Source of the DNA: Flavobacteriales bacterium
GTDB taxonomy: Bacteria > Bacteroidota > Bacteroidia > Flavobacteriales_D > Sanyastnellaceae
Assembly: GCA_040261275.1 (NCBI GenBank)
Contig: JBDQOI010000012.1
Location: forward strand, 6,450 to 70,449
Direction of reading: 5' to 3'
DNA: 64,000 nucleotides
The position numbers and the translations under genes were made by a program. Within the stretch, counting starts at the first letter, position 1; each line of letters starts with the position of its first letter. The notes below the pieces were generated by a model, which was given only the letters and a program-made list of their open reading frames with translations, ran no database searches and was not told where the DNA came from. This document shows positions 19,484-29,392 of this stretch, piece after piece.

Positions 19484-20650
19484 TCAGCCCTTTGTCACAT
19501 GCCGCTCGACATCCGCGCCCGTCACCTCTGGACCACACAGGATAACCAGGCGTTCGACCGCGTTGCGCAACTCCCGGATGTTGCCCGTCCACGGCGCCTT
19601 GGAAAGCCCCTTGAGGGCGTCCTGTGTGAATTTCGGAGCGGCTACGCCCAGTTCGTCGGCCACGCCGCCGAGAAAATGGGCCACGAGCTCTGGCACGTCG
19701 CTGCTGCGGTCCGCCAGACGCGGCACATGGATGGGAATGACATTGAGCCTGTGGAAGAGGTCTTCTCGGAACCTGCCCTCGGCAATCTCTTCCTGCAAAT
19801 CCTTGTTCGTGGCGGCCAGTACACGGACATCGACCTTGATGTTCTTGTCCCCGCCTACCCGCTGGATGACCCTCTCCTGGAGGGCGCGCAACATTTTGGC
19901 CTGAGCGGGCAGGGCCATGTCTCCGATTTCATCCAGAAACAGGGTGCCGCCTTGGGCCTGTTCGAACCGCCCTTTGCGCTGCTTGACCGCGCTGGTAAAC
20001 GCGCCTTTCTCATGACCGAATAGCTCGGACTCGATGAGCTCGGATGGGATGGCGGCACAGTTGACCTCCACGAAAGGTCCGCCTTGACGCCCACTCATCG
20101 CGTGGATCTTGCGCGCGACGACCTCCTTGCCCGTTCCGTTTTCCCCTGTGATCAATACCCGAGCATCCGTCGGTGCCACCTTGGCGATGATGGCGCGGAT
20201 TTCCTCGAGGGCCGGACTGCTGCCGATCATGTCGATTCCCCCTTTTTTGCCTTGCCGCTGGCGCAACACCACCGTCTCTTTTCGCAGCGCTTCCCTGTCC
20301 GTGGCATTGCGCAGCGCCACGAGAATCCGGTTCAGGTCGAGGGGCTTCTCAATGAAATCATAGGCTCCCGTCTTCAAGGCTTCCACGGCCAATTCCACCG
20401 TGGCGTGCCCCGTCATGATGATAACCGGTGTCTCGACCCCCTTCAACCTAAGGGCTTCCACCACTTCGATGCCGTCCTTTCCGGGCATCTTGACATCACA
20501 AAAAATCGCATCAAACTTTCCGTCGATGGCCCATTTCAATCCGGCCACTCCGTCTTCCGCTTCGGACACCTCGTGCTGCTCGTATTCGAGAATGTCACGC
20601 AATGCGTGTCGGATCAGCCTTTCGTCGTCTATGATCAGAATGCGGGACAT
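19484..20650 (-). CDS. Sigma-54-dependent response regulator (REC + AAA+), no C-terminal HTH
   Basis: REC domain (ILIIDDE...DVKMPGKDG), Walker A GENGTGKE, the GAFTSA sigma-54 contact motif and the NIRELRN sensor II. The protein stops about 20 aa later. Confidence 0.85.
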   Translation of the reverse strand: MSRILIIDDERLIRHALRDILEYEQHEVSEAEDGVAGLKWAIDGKFDAIFCDVKMPGKDGIEVVEALRLKGVETPVIIMTGHATVELAVEALKTGAYDFIEKPLDLNRILVALRNATDREALRKETVVLRQRQGKKGGIDMIGSSPALEEIRAIIAKVAPTDARVLITGENGTGKEVVARKIHAMSGRQGGPFVEVNCAAIPSELIESELFGHEKGAFTSAVKQRKGRFEQAQGGTLFLDEIGDMALPAQAKMLRALQERVIQRVGGDKNIKVDVRVLAATNKDLQEEIAEGRFREDLFHRLNVIPIHVPRLADRSSDVPELVAHFLGGVADELGVAAPKFTQDALKGLSKAPWTGNIRELRNAVERLVILCGPEVTGADVERHVTKG

Positions 20651-20684
20651 GGAGCGAATATCGGGTCGGACTCGGAGTTCGCCT

Positions 20685-21677
20685 TCAAAAATGGAACGGC
20701 CTCCAACCCGTCGGTAAGTCAACACCCCGGCTGCCCTGATCCGCCGCGTCGCAAATGACGCCTTCCGCCAAGGTGTGACGTGAGCGGAAAACGCGATCTA
20801 CCGTGGGAAAGGACACCAGTATGTGTTGAATCAAAGCGCAGGCCACCGCCATGTATTGCACCCTGTCGGGGTGCACCCCTTCGATTTCGCGGATTTCATC
20901 CATCGGCTTCATGGTCAAGGCATCACATCGGGCCATCAGCTGCTCTCGATCAAATTCGTCCGCCTTTCGCGGATGCCTCCACGGAGCTTGGGGGTCTTGC
21001 AGGGTCATGAGGGTATTGAATGCCCCGGAAGTACCCACCATGATGCGCGGTGGGTGGTCGGACAAAGCCTGCAGAACGGGCGCCCATGCCGCATCTGAAA
21101 TGCGCTGGATGGAGTGTACATCGGACCGTCGCAATGGATCAGCCGGCTTGATCCAGTCGGTTAACCGGGCCACCCCCAGGTCCAAACTCCACCTTCCCAG
21201 GACCCGTTGTTGCGTCCAATGGATGAGCTCGACACTGCCTCCCCCAATGTCAACAGTCAGCATGGATGTACCGCCCAGCTCGCGACCGGCCATGGAATCG
21301 GCCACACCCAAGTGGATCCAATGGGCTTCCGTAGGGCCATCCAAAACTTCAATCTCCCAACCCATGCGCCCGGCTGCCTTGGCGAATTCGGGCCCGTTCG
21401 ATGCGTCCCTGATGGCGCTGCATCCAAAGGCTCGGTAATGCTGGACACCGCAATTGCCCGCTGTCTCCCGAAACGAGGCCAGAACATCCAGCCCCCTCCT
21501 GAACCGCTGGGGCGACAAGCGTCCACTTCGAAAACTGTCGAGGCCCAAGCGCACAAACCTGCGTTGGCGAAATACCGAATTCCACTCTCCCCTTTCCGTG
21601 CATTCGGCGATGTGCAGGGTGAAGGTATTGGTACCACAATCGACCACCCCTACACGACGAGGGAAATCAGCGGTCAT
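20685..21677 (-). CDS. Ppx/GppA-family phosphatase
   Basis: VGVVDCGTNTFTLHIAE and DIGGGSVE, the ASKHA-fold motifs of exopolyphosphatase/GppA. ATG at 21677. Confidence 0.8.
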   Translation of the reverse strand: MTADFPRRVGVVDCGTNTFTLHIAECTERGEWNSVFRQRRFVRLGLDSFRSGRLSPQRFRRGLDVLASFRETAGNCGVQHYRAFGCSAIRDASNGPEFAKAAGRMGWEIEVLDGPTEAHWIHLGVADSMAGRELGGTSMLTVDIGGGSVELIHWTQQRVLGRWSLDLGVARLTDWIKPADPLRRSDVHSIQRISDAAWAPVLQALSDHPPRIMVGTSGAFNTLMTLQDPQAPWRHPRKADEFDREQLMARCDALTMKPMDEIREIEGVHPDRVQYMAVACALIQHILVSFPTVDRVFRSRHTLAEGVICDAADQGSRGVDLPTGWRPFHF

Positions 21678-23016
21678 CACCCTTGATCCAGTGCACCCAG
21701 AGCTTCCAACCGCTTCTGCCACCATCGTGCAAGACCCCCAAGCGGTACATCCGTCCTGCGATGCCCAGAATGAATCGGGCGGTCAACATCAGAAGTCCCC
21801 ATGAAAGCAGGGCCTCCCACCAGGTTACACCGGTCGCCAAACGGACCAACATCATGACGGGGGAGGTCAAGGGAATCCAGCCCAGCCAGACCATGATCGG
21901 CAGTGTGGGATTGCCCAATGCGCTGCTCCCCACGATGTAGGCAAACATCAAGGGCATGATGATGGCCATGACCATTCCCTGCCCCTCCTGCTCGGATTGA
22001 ACCGTAGCCCCGACAGCAGCATAGAGGCTACCGTACAACAAGAATCCCCCAATGAAAAAAGCCACAGTACCCGCCACCATGACACCCCATTGAATGTCCA
22101 ACAGGACGGCAAGGCCCTTATTCTGCGCCATAACCGTCATGAGGTCTGCGGGCACTTCATTCGCGGCCGATACAGCGCCTGCGTCACCGATCAACCCCGC
22201 ATCGAAAACCCACTGGAACAGAGCGAACGACCCCGTGGAGAGTATGGCCCATGCCATCAGCTGCGTCAAAGCAACGGCGCCGACGCCGATGACCTTGCCC
22301 AGAAGCAACTCTTCCGGTCGGATGGTGGCCACCAGTACCTCTACGACGTGATTCGACTTTTCCTCTACTACACTGCGCATGATCATGCCTCCATACACTG
22401 CGAGTACCACAAACAGAATCGCACTGAACATGAATCCAATGCCGCCCCTGATCTCATCGCCTCCCCCTTCTTCGCGGCCGGTTGCGGTGGACTCTCGCTC
22501 GTAAAGGGTCAGGTCCAGTTTGAGCCGCTGATAAGCCTCCCAATCCAATTCAGTGCTTCCCAAAACCCGGGCGTGCTCCAATGCTCGACTCAAATCCCGC
22601 TCGATGTTGCGTTTGGCTTTGACCCCAGGTGACTTGGCGTAGACGAGGTAGCCCGCTTTGTTCTGCATGACGGACTCGTCATACTCCACCAGGACCGTAT
22701 GGCCGGTCGCCTTCCAAACGCTGTCTTCCGGGGCCTCGCGCACAAACCTGTATTCGAGGTTTTCCCGCTCCGGAAAACACCCTGGGCATCGGGGAACGTA
22801 TTGTCCCGTGGCGGCATCCTGCCGGGTAATAAGCCCAGGTGCGTCCTCTACCAGGACCACATTGTGCACATCCACACCTTGGGTCAGAAGAACGCTGGCC
22901 GCAATGAGTCCAACGGAAAGCAACGGCGTCAGCAGTGTCCCCAACAGGAAACTGCGCTTGACCACACGGGTGCGCCATTCACGAAGAACGATGGTGCGGA
23001 TGAGCTTGCCCTTCAT
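21667..23016 (-). CDS. ABC-2 type transporter permease
   Basis: 449 aa; N-terminal TM, a large extracytoplasmic loop, then 5 C-terminal TM segments. Overlaps the ATPase gene (ATGA). Confidence 0.8.
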   Translation of the reverse strand: MKGKLIRTIVLREWRTRVVKRSFLLGTLLTPLLSVGLIAASVLLTQGVDVHNVVLVEDAPGLITRQDAATGQYVPRCPGCFPERENLEYRFVREAPEDSVWKATGHTVLVEYDESVMQNKAGYLVYAKSPGVKAKRNIERDLSRALEHARVLGSTELDWEAYQRLKLDLTLYERESTATGREEGGGDEIRGGIGFMFSAILFVVLAVYGGMIMRSVVEEKSNHVVEVLVATIRPEELLLGKVIGVGAVALTQLMAWAILSTGSFALFQWVFDAGLIGDAGAVSAANEVPADLMTVMAQNKGLAVLLDIQWGVMVAGTVAFFIGGFLLYGSLYAAVGATVQSEQEGQGMVMAIIMPLMFAYIVGSSALGNPTLPIMVWLGWIPLTSPVMMLVRLATGVTWWEALLSWGLLMLTARFILGIAGRMYRLGVLHDGGRSGWKLWVHWIKGDDR

Positions 23017-23963
23017 GACGCTTTGCTTTCTGACGCCTCCTCTTGCACTTCAACCGCTCGGATGAAGAGGGACTCCATCGTAGGTCGAACCTTGATGAAC
23101 TCCTGGACCTCCACTTGTCCCTGAAGGACTTCCAATACTGCGCTCGGCGACACCCCGTCACGCAAGCGAATGCCGGCCTTTCGAACGCCTTCCGCAGTCG
23201 TGGGCTCAATGCCATCCAAATGGGCCAGTGCCCCCAAGGCGTTCGTGAAACTCAGGTCATTGCCGCGGAACGCGACCTCTTGCAAGCCGTTCCATCCCTC
23301 CTCCCGAAGCCGGTCGGAGGCGCCCCTGAGGACCACGCGTCCCTGATTCAGCAGAACCACGTGGTCGCAAAGCTTTTCCACGCTGGGCATGTCGTGCGTG
23401 GAAAGCAGGATGGAGGTGCCTTCCGATGCCAAAGACCGAATGACTTCGATGATGCGCCTCGCATTGATGGGGTCGAACCCGCTGAGCGGCTCGTCCAGGA
23501 TGAGCAATTCCGGCCCGTGGACCACCGTGCAAATGAACTGGATCTTCTGGGCCATGCCCTTGGAGATGTCGGACACCTTCCGGTTCCACCATCCGTCGAC
23601 CTCGAGTCTCTCAAACCACTTTTTGAGGGACCGAACGGCATCCGGTCTGTCCATACCCTTCAGCTGGGCGAAATACACGGCTTGCTCGCCGACCTTCATG
23701 TCCTTGTAGAGTCCCCGCTCTTCAGGGAGATAGCCGATGCGCCGTGCCTGTGCCCTGGACCAGGGCTGACCTCCAATTCGGACCTCTCCTGCATCGGGCT
23801 CGACGATGCCCATGATGCTGCGAATCAAGGTCGATTTGCCCGCACCGTTCGGGCCGAGCAACCCCATGATTGATCCCTCCGGCACATCAAAATTCACGCC
23901 ATCCAAAACGCAGTGCTTCCCGTAGGACTTGCGCAGCTCGGCAATGTGGAGGGCAGAGGCCAT
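23013..23963 (-). CDS. ABC transporter ATP-binding protein
   Basis: Walker A GPNGAGKST, signature ISKGMAQK, Walker B LLILDEP. Confidence 0.92.
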   Translation of the reverse strand: MASALHIAELRKSYGKHCVLDGVNFDVPEGSIMGLLGPNGAGKSTLIRSIMGIVEPDAGEVRIGGQPWSRAQARRIGYLPEERGLYKDMKVGEQAVYFAQLKGMDRPDAVRSLKKWFERLEVDGWWNRKVSDISKGMAQKIQFICTVVHGPELLILDEPLSGFDPINARRIIEVIRSLASEGTSILLSTHDMPSVEKLCDHVVLLNQGRVVLRGASDRLREEGWNGLQEVAFRGNDLSFTNALGALAHLDGIEPTTAEGVRKAGIRLRDGVSPSAVLEVLQGQVEVQEFIKVRPTMESLFIRAVEVQEEASESKAS

Positions 23964-23966
23964 GAA

Positions 23967-25073
23967 TCAACTGAACATATCGCGGACCCGCTCAAAGAAT
24001 CCTTTGTCCTTCGGGTCGGGGTCGGGCTGAAAGTTGGCCGAATCGCGCCAACTTTCCAAAGTTGCGCGCTCATCCGCTGACAATTCCTGCGGCGTCCAGA
24101 CGTTGAGATTGACCAGAAGGTCGCCCCGACCATAGCTGTCCACGGAAGGCAATCCCTTGCCCTTGAGCCGAACGATCTTGCCGCCTTGGGTTCCAGGCTC
24201 GATTCGAACCTTGGCCTTGCCGCCCAGCAAGGGAATCTCCACTTGGGCCCCAAGGGCAGCGTCCACGAAGGTTAGGTGGTAGTCCAAATGAAGGTTGCGC
24301 CCATTGCGTGTGAACAGATCGTGGTCGGCCTCGCGGATCTGGACCAGCAAGTCTCCGGGAATGCCTCCGGCCGGCGCTGCATTGCCCTTTCCCCTCAAAT
24401 TGAGCTGCATTCCATCTTCCACACCTGCTGGAATCTCAATCTCCACGACCGACTCTTCGCGCTTCAGTCCATGTTCGTCGGCATCCTTCGGTTTGGACTT
24501 CACGCCCTTGCCCAAGCCGCCGCACGATGGACAAGTCGAAGCCGTTTGCATCTGGCCCAATATGGTGTTGGTCACCCGGCGTACCTGACCGGTTCCACCA
24601 CAGGTCCGACAGGTGTCGTATTCCACACCGTCAGCCTGGACCAAACGCGATACCCTGACCTTCTTGGCCGTCCCTTCCGCGATTTCCTCCAGGGTGAGCT
24701 GAACCTTGATGCGGAGGTTGGACCCTTTCGTGCGACGGGGTCCGCGACCGCCTCCGCCGAATGCATCGCCAAAAGCCCCTCCGAAGATGTCTCCGAATTG
24801 GCTGAAGATGTCGTCCATGTTCATTCCGGCACCGCCACCTGCGGCACCGCCCAGACCCGCATGCCCGAAGCGATCGTATTTGGCCCTCTTCTGCTGGTCT
24901 CCCAGCACCTCATAGGCCTCGGCCGCCTCCTTGAAGCGCGTTTCCGCCGCACTATCGTCCGGATTTTTGTCGGGGTGGAATTTGATGGCCAGTTTTCGGT
25001 AGGCCTTTTTGATATCGGCCTCCGAAGCCCCCTGGTCCACGCCCAGGACCTCGTAATAATCGCGCTTGGACAT
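23967..25073 (-). CDS. dnaJ: Molecular chaperone DnaJ
   Basis: J domain (DYYEVLGV...HPDKN), a G/F region and four CxxCxGxG zinc-finger repeats. Confidence 0.96.
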   Translation of the reverse strand: MSKRDYYEVLGVDQGASEADIKKAYRKLAIKFHPDKNPDDSAAETRFKEAAEAYEVLGDQQKRAKYDRFGHAGLGGAAGGGAGMNMDDIFSQFGDIFGGAFGDAFGGGGRGPRRTKGSNLRIKVQLTLEEIAEGTAKKVRVSRLVQADGVEYDTCRTCGGTGQVRRVTNTILGQMQTASTCPSCGGLGKGVKSKPKDADEHGLKREESVVEIEIPAGVEDGMQLNLRGKGNAAPAGGIPGDLLVQIREADHDLFTRNGRNLHLDYHLTFVDAALGAQVEIPLLGGKAKVRIEPGTQGGKIVRLKGKGLPSVDSYGRGDLLVNLNVWTPQELSADERATLESWRDSANFQPDPDPKDKGFFERVRDMFS

Positions 25074-25082
25074 CTTTTCTGA

Positions 25083-25670
25083 TCAGTTCCCTACGACCAC
25101 CTTGGCGAATCGCAATACTGTGTCGTGCAGTTTGTAGCCGGGCTCCACCACATCGACCACCTTTCCCTTCAAGTCTTCTGACGGTGCTGGGATTTGGGTA
25201 ATGGCCTCGTGGAGGTCCGTATCGAACTCGGCCTCCTTGGCCTCCATCCGATTCAACCCCTTGGCCTCCAGAATTCCACGCAATTTCTGTCCGATCAACT
25301 GATAGCCTTCCCGAGCTTGCCCAGCTTCCTGGCCTTCGCCGGCTGCCCAAGCGCGCTCAAAGTCGTCGAGCACAGGCAACAATGCCTCCATCAAATCGCG
25401 ACCGGCATGACGGACGAGGTCTCCCCTCTCGCGCATGTTGCGCTTCCTGTAATTGTCAAAATCGGCATACAGACGGAGGTACTTCTCCTTCCATTCATCC
25501 GGGCTGCCTGCTTCGCTCCCTTCCTCGCTCGGTGCATCGGAACCTGCGTCTCGGGTTGTCTGGTCTTCGGCCGGCGCGTCCTGCGCTGTCCCTTCAGTGG
25601 ACGTTTCGCCTTCGGCCGTGGTGCCTTCCGCTTTTACGGCTTCTTCCTCATTCATGGATTCCTGAATCAT
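25083..25670 (-). CDS. grpE: Nucleotide exchange factor GrpE
   Basis: YLRLYADFDNYRKR...HEA...VVEPGYKLHDTVLRFAKV. The start is uncertain: ATGs at 25670, 25694 and 25655, and a GTG at 25712. Confidence 0.9.
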   Translation of the reverse strand: MIQESMNEEEAVKAEGTTAEGETSTEGTAQDAPAEDQTTRDAGSDAPSEEGSEAGSPDEWKEKYLRLYADFDNYRKRNMRERGDLVRHAGRDLMEALLPVLDDFERAWAAGEGQEAGQAREGYQLIGQKLRGILEAKGLNRMEAKEAEFDTDLHEAITQIPAPSEDLKGKVVDVVEPGYKLHDTVLRFAKVVVGN

Positions 25671-25787
25671 TGGGTTGCGAATTTGACCCGCCATTCGCAA
25701 TCCACATGCCACTCAAGCTCAGGGCGACATCGTGTCAGGCCCAGAAGAGGAATGTCAGTTGTTTCGACGCCGTACCTGACAAACTTG

Positions 25788-26327
25788 TCAGAGGCGTTCG
25801 ACGTGTTGGTCGATTTGAATGTGGAGCTCCATACCCCGGAGGTTCTTGGCGACAATGATGCCGTTTTCATCCACGAGGAAACTCATGGGAATGCTGCTCA
25901 CGCCGTACATGGCCGCGGCCTCACTGTCCCAACCTCCAAGATCGCTTCCATGCCAATCCCAATCGAGATCATCCTGCTTTACGGCGCGCTCCCAGCTGTC
26001 CTGCTTGCGGTCCAATGAAACGCTGGCGATGGTGAAGCCCTCGGCATTCTTGAACTTCGCTTTGCGGTATTTCTTGAATGCGTTGACCACGTTGGGGTTC
26101 TCCCTGCGGCAGGGACCGCACCAGCTGGCCCAAAAGTCAACGAGGACCAGTTGGCCGCGCAGGTCGCTGAGCTTTACCTCCCCTCCATCGAGGGAATTGA
26201 GCACGAGTTCCGGGGCGACGTCACCTACGGAAGTTCCAATGCGAGGGTCCTGCGCGAAAACATCGCTGCTGAAGGTGAAAAGGCCGACCGTCATTGCGGC
26301 CATCAGGAGGGAGCGGGTGGGCATCAT
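25788..26327 (-). CDS. TlpA/ResA-like thiol:disulfide oxidoreductase (thioredoxin fold), secreted
   Basis: Signal peptide, then VLVDFWASWCGPCRRENP (CxxC). Confidence 0.85.
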   Translation of the reverse strand: MMPTRSLLMAAMTVGLFTFSSDVFAQDPRIGTSVGDVAPELVLNSLDGGEVKLSDLRGQLVLVDFWASWCGPCRRENPNVVNAFKKYRKAKFKNAEGFTIASVSLDRKQDSWERAVKQDDLDWDWHGSDLGGWDSEAAAMYGVSSIPMSFLVDENGIIVAKNLRGMELHIQIDQHVERL

Positions 26328-26369
26328 GTTGAACCTAAAGTTACACAGGGAACGCAGGATGTCGGCGCT

Positions 26370-27683
26370 TCAGTCTGCCAATCGCTCAATGTTGGCTCCC
26401 AAAGCACGCAAACGATGCTCAATGTATTGGTATCCCCGGTCGATTTGGCCGATGTTGTGTATGGTCGACCGACCTTCGGCGGAAAGGGCCGCAATGAGCA
26501 GGGAGACACCCGCCCGGATGTCCGGTGAAGTCATGGTTACGCCGCGCAAAGGCGCCTTGCGGTCGAGTCCGATGACGGTGGCGCGATGGGGGTCACACAG
26601 GATGATCTGGGCGCCCATATCGATGAGCTTGTCCACGAAAAACAAACGGCTCTCGAACATCTTCTGGTGAACCAGCACACTTCCCCGCGCCTGCGTTGCC
26701 GTCACCAGCAGAATGGAAAGCAGGTCGGGCGTGAATCCGGGCCAAGGAGCATCGGCTACGGTCAGGATGGAACCATCGATGAAGGTGTCGATTTCATAGT
26801 GGTCCTGGGCAGGTACGAAAAGGTCGTTTCCGCGACGTTCCATGGCAATCCCCATCCGCTCGAACACCCGTGGAATCTGACCGAGATCATCCCAACTCAC
26901 GTCGTTGATGGTGACTTCGCCGCGCGTCATGGCTGCCAAACCGATGAAGCTCCCGATCTCAATCATGTCGGGCAGGCAGCGGTGATCACAGCCACCCAAG
27001 TTCTCGACCCCTTCAATGGTCAACAAGTTTGAACCGACGCCGGAGATCTTGCCCCCCATTCGGTTGATCATCTTGCACAGCTGTTGGAGGTAGGGCTCAC
27101 ATGCCGCGTTGTAGATGGTGGTGGTTCCACGGGCCAATGCGGCCGCCATGACAATGTTGGCCGTTCCGGTCACCGACGCCTCGTCCAGCAGCATATCCGC
27201 CCCCCGCAGCCCGTCAGGGGCCATGGCGCGAAAGAAGGTCTCGCCCGAATCGTAGCGGAATTCCGCACCGAGGTTCTCGAACCCGATAAAGTGGGTATCC
27301 ATCCGGCGGCGGCCGATTTTGTCGCCCCCGGGCTTGGGGATGTAGCCCTTTCCGAACCGCGCCAGCAAAGGACCCATGATCATGACAGAGCCGCGCAAGG
27401 CACGCCCCTTATCCTTGAATTCGGCGCCCTCGAGGTAATCCATATCTACGTCATCGGCCTGAAACCGGAAGGTCCCGGCATCCAGCTTTTCGACTTTGAC
27501 ACCCATGGAGGCCAACAGGTCGATCAGCCGATTGACATCCACGATGTCGGGCAAATTCGATATGACGACGGGATCCGGGGTGAGGAGTACGGCGCACACC
27601 ACCTGCAGCGCCTCATTCTTGGCGCCCTGCGGCGTGATGGATCCTTTGAGGGGATGCCCCCCTTCGATGACGAAAGTGCCCAT
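26370..27683 (-). CDS. murA: UDP-N-acetylglucosamine 1-carboxyvinyltransferase
   Basis: 437 aa; GAKNEALQ and typical MurA motifs throughout. Confidence 0.95.
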   Translation of the reverse strand: MGTFVIEGGHPLKGSITPQGAKNEALQVVCAVLLTPDPVVISNLPDIVDVNRLIDLLASMGVKVEKLDAGTFRFQADDVDMDYLEGAEFKDKGRALRGSVMIMGPLLARFGKGYIPKPGGDKIGRRRMDTHFIGFENLGAEFRYDSGETFFRAMAPDGLRGADMLLDEASVTGTANIVMAAALARGTTTIYNAACEPYLQQLCKMINRMGGKISGVGSNLLTIEGVENLGGCDHRCLPDMIEIGSFIGLAAMTRGEVTINDVSWDDLGQIPRVFERMGIAMERRGNDLFVPAQDHYEIDTFIDGSILTVADAPWPGFTPDLLSILLVTATQARGSVLVHQKMFESRLFFVDKLIDMGAQIILCDPHRATVIGLDRKAPLRGVTMTSPDIRAGVSLLIAALSAEGRSTIHNIGQIDRGYQYIEHRLRALGANIERLAD

Positions 27684-27792
27684 GATGGTCTTCTGGTTCA
27701 GGCCTCAATTTGGGCCAAAGCCAAAGGCCATCTGTGCGGCCATCAGGTTGTTTTCGACAAGGGACAGGGGAGCTTCTGCGCGTCCCGGGATA

Positions 27793-28437
27793 TCAGCGCT
27801 TTCGCTTGCCGCCGCCTCGATTGCGGAAGTTGTTGGACGTCTTCCGCTTGCTCTTCATGATTTCACTGGAACTCACCAATTCGATTTCAGCGGGAACGTC
27901 CAATGCCCCGCCCGACATTTCCCTCAACTGGGCGCGAATCAGCGGATCTTCCACCGCTCCCTTGTTCCAGGTCAGGTATTGACGCTTCAGCAGATTGGCG
28001 ATCATCATGGCGAGGGCGCTGCGCTCCTCGCCTTCCGGCATGGCTTTGGCTTTCTCAATGAGATCCTCGACGATGCGGCCATAGAAAGAGGGTCGCTTGG
28101 AAAGCTGTGTATAGGTCAATCGGTCCGGACCGGGATCTTCCTCGGGGCGCGATGGCGGCGGGAATGGTCCATCGATGTCCAATGACCAATTGGACATGAC
28201 GTGAAGATGGCCCCACAGTTTTTCCTCGTGGTCCACCATCTCCTTGGATCCGGGCACGAGGGTGCGCATTACACTGACAATGGCAGTGGCACACTTGGTC
28301 CGTTCTTCCTTATCCTCAATGGAGGCACAATGCGCGATGAGCTCGTGGACGACCCGACCGTATTCGGGAATGGCAATGTCCGTCTTGCTGCTGTTGTAGG
28401 TCAAGCCATCGAAGGCCGATGCTGTAGTCTGGGGCAT
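27793..28437 (-). CDS. DUF4290-domain protein
   Basis: YNSSKTDIAIPEYGRVVHELIAHC... and a basic C-terminal tail. The position directly upstream of murA is the usual Bacteroidota arrangement. Confidence 0.7.
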   Translation of the reverse strand: MPQTTASAFDGLTYNSSKTDIAIPEYGRVVHELIAHCASIEDKEERTKCATAIVSVMRTLVPGSKEMVDHEEKLWGHLHVMSNWSLDIDGPFPPPSRPEEDPGPDRLTYTQLSKRPSFYGRIVEDLIEKAKAMPEGEERSALAMMIANLLKRQYLTWNKGAVEDPLIRAQLREMSGGALDVPAEIELVSSSEIMKSKRKTSNNFRNRGGGKRKR

Positions 28438-28469
28438 GGGGGTTGCTTAGGGTCGGAAGATGTTCCGAT

Positions 28470-29309
28470 TCAGCGCTTTTTCAGGAGTTCCGTCCCGGCA
28501 CCGAAATTGACGAAATACTCGCCTTTTGAAAGATAGCGCAAGGTAGCTTGGCTTCCTACACCCCGCATGACAACGGTCCCGAATGCATCGACAAGCTCAT
28601 ATTGGGTCGGTCCGGAAAAGGTCAGCATTTGCTCCTTGGAATCGAAGCTCATCTCAATCTCCGGCACGTTGCCTTGGAAACTCACCTCGCCTTCCACCGC
28701 CAGGGTGCCATCCGGAGCAAGGTGGGTCAAGCGCAGGATATTCTCGCCGTTGACGGGCTGAATGGCTGTCGAATAGGTTTGTGTCCCTTCTCCACCGCGA
28801 CCATCAATGCGCACGACATCGACCCACTTGTCCCACTTGTACTGCTGAAGAACGAAGGGCATTCGCCCGCGTTCACTCTCGGTGGTCCACATGACTTCGC
28901 CGCTGGGTGCCGCCTCAAAAGAGACCAATTCGAATCCGGGTTCAGGCTGCAGGACTTCCGGGTTGAGGATGCGCGGTGAGCATCCGCTGCGGTGCTTCAA
29001 TCGCACAGCTACCCCTTTACCGAGTGGAATACCCAAAGCGGAGAGGTCAATTTCAAATGCGTGAGAATTGACTTCATCTGACGTCAGCATACCGTTTACA
29101 CGGGCCTCGTAACAGCAAAATCCAACACCGTCAGCGGTGGGCTCATTGACCACGAGCAAATTCTCGCCTTGGTACAAGCCTGCGATTTCAATTGACTGTT
29201 GGGCCAAGGAGGGGGTAATTCCCGAGCACAGCAAGGCGACACCAGCAAAGAGGGCAACCAAAGAATGCATAGCATTCGAAACCCACCCCTGAGCGATTCG
29301 ATTTTCCAT
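28470..29309 (-). CDS. Hypothetical secreted protein
   Basis: 279-aa ORF with a hydrophobic N-terminal signal-like segment (LVALFAGVALLCSGITPSLAQ). No family recognised; the start could be 29270. Confidence 0.45.
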   Translation of the reverse strand: MENRIAQGWVSNAMHSLVALFAGVALLCSGITPSLAQQSIEIAGLYQGENLLVVNEPTADGVGFCCYEARVNGMLTSDEVNSHAFEIDLSALGIPLGKGVAVRLKHRSGCSPRILNPEVLQPEPGFELVSFEAAPSGEVMWTTESERGRMPFVLQQYKWDKWVDVVRIDGRGGEGTQTYSTAIQPVNGENILRLTHLAPDGTLAVEGEVSFQGNVPEIEMSFDSKEQMLTFSGPTQYELVDAFGTVVMRGVGSQATLRYLSKGEYFVNFGAGTELLKKR

Positions 29310-29392
29310 GTTTCGAAACTACTGCATGCCATTCAATTCCCTTCACCCATCATTCGAGCCATACCTGTGGGAATGCCCCTAAACTTGCAATT

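Noticed and set aside
25776-25791. Hairpin CTGACA-aact-TGTCAG upstream of grpE, as a CIRCE operator or terminator
   Set aside because: It bears no resemblance to the CIRCE consensus (TTAGCACTC-N9-GAGTGCTAA). It overlaps the stop codon of the TlpA-like gene, has only a 6-bp stem and no T-tract.
28470-28720. T9SS C-terminal domain on the hypothetical secreted protein
   Set aside because: The C-terminal ...LSKGEYFVNFGAGTELLKKR is only vaguely CTD-like and lacks the conserved N-terminal CTD motif seen at 11650-11934. The evidence is insufficient.
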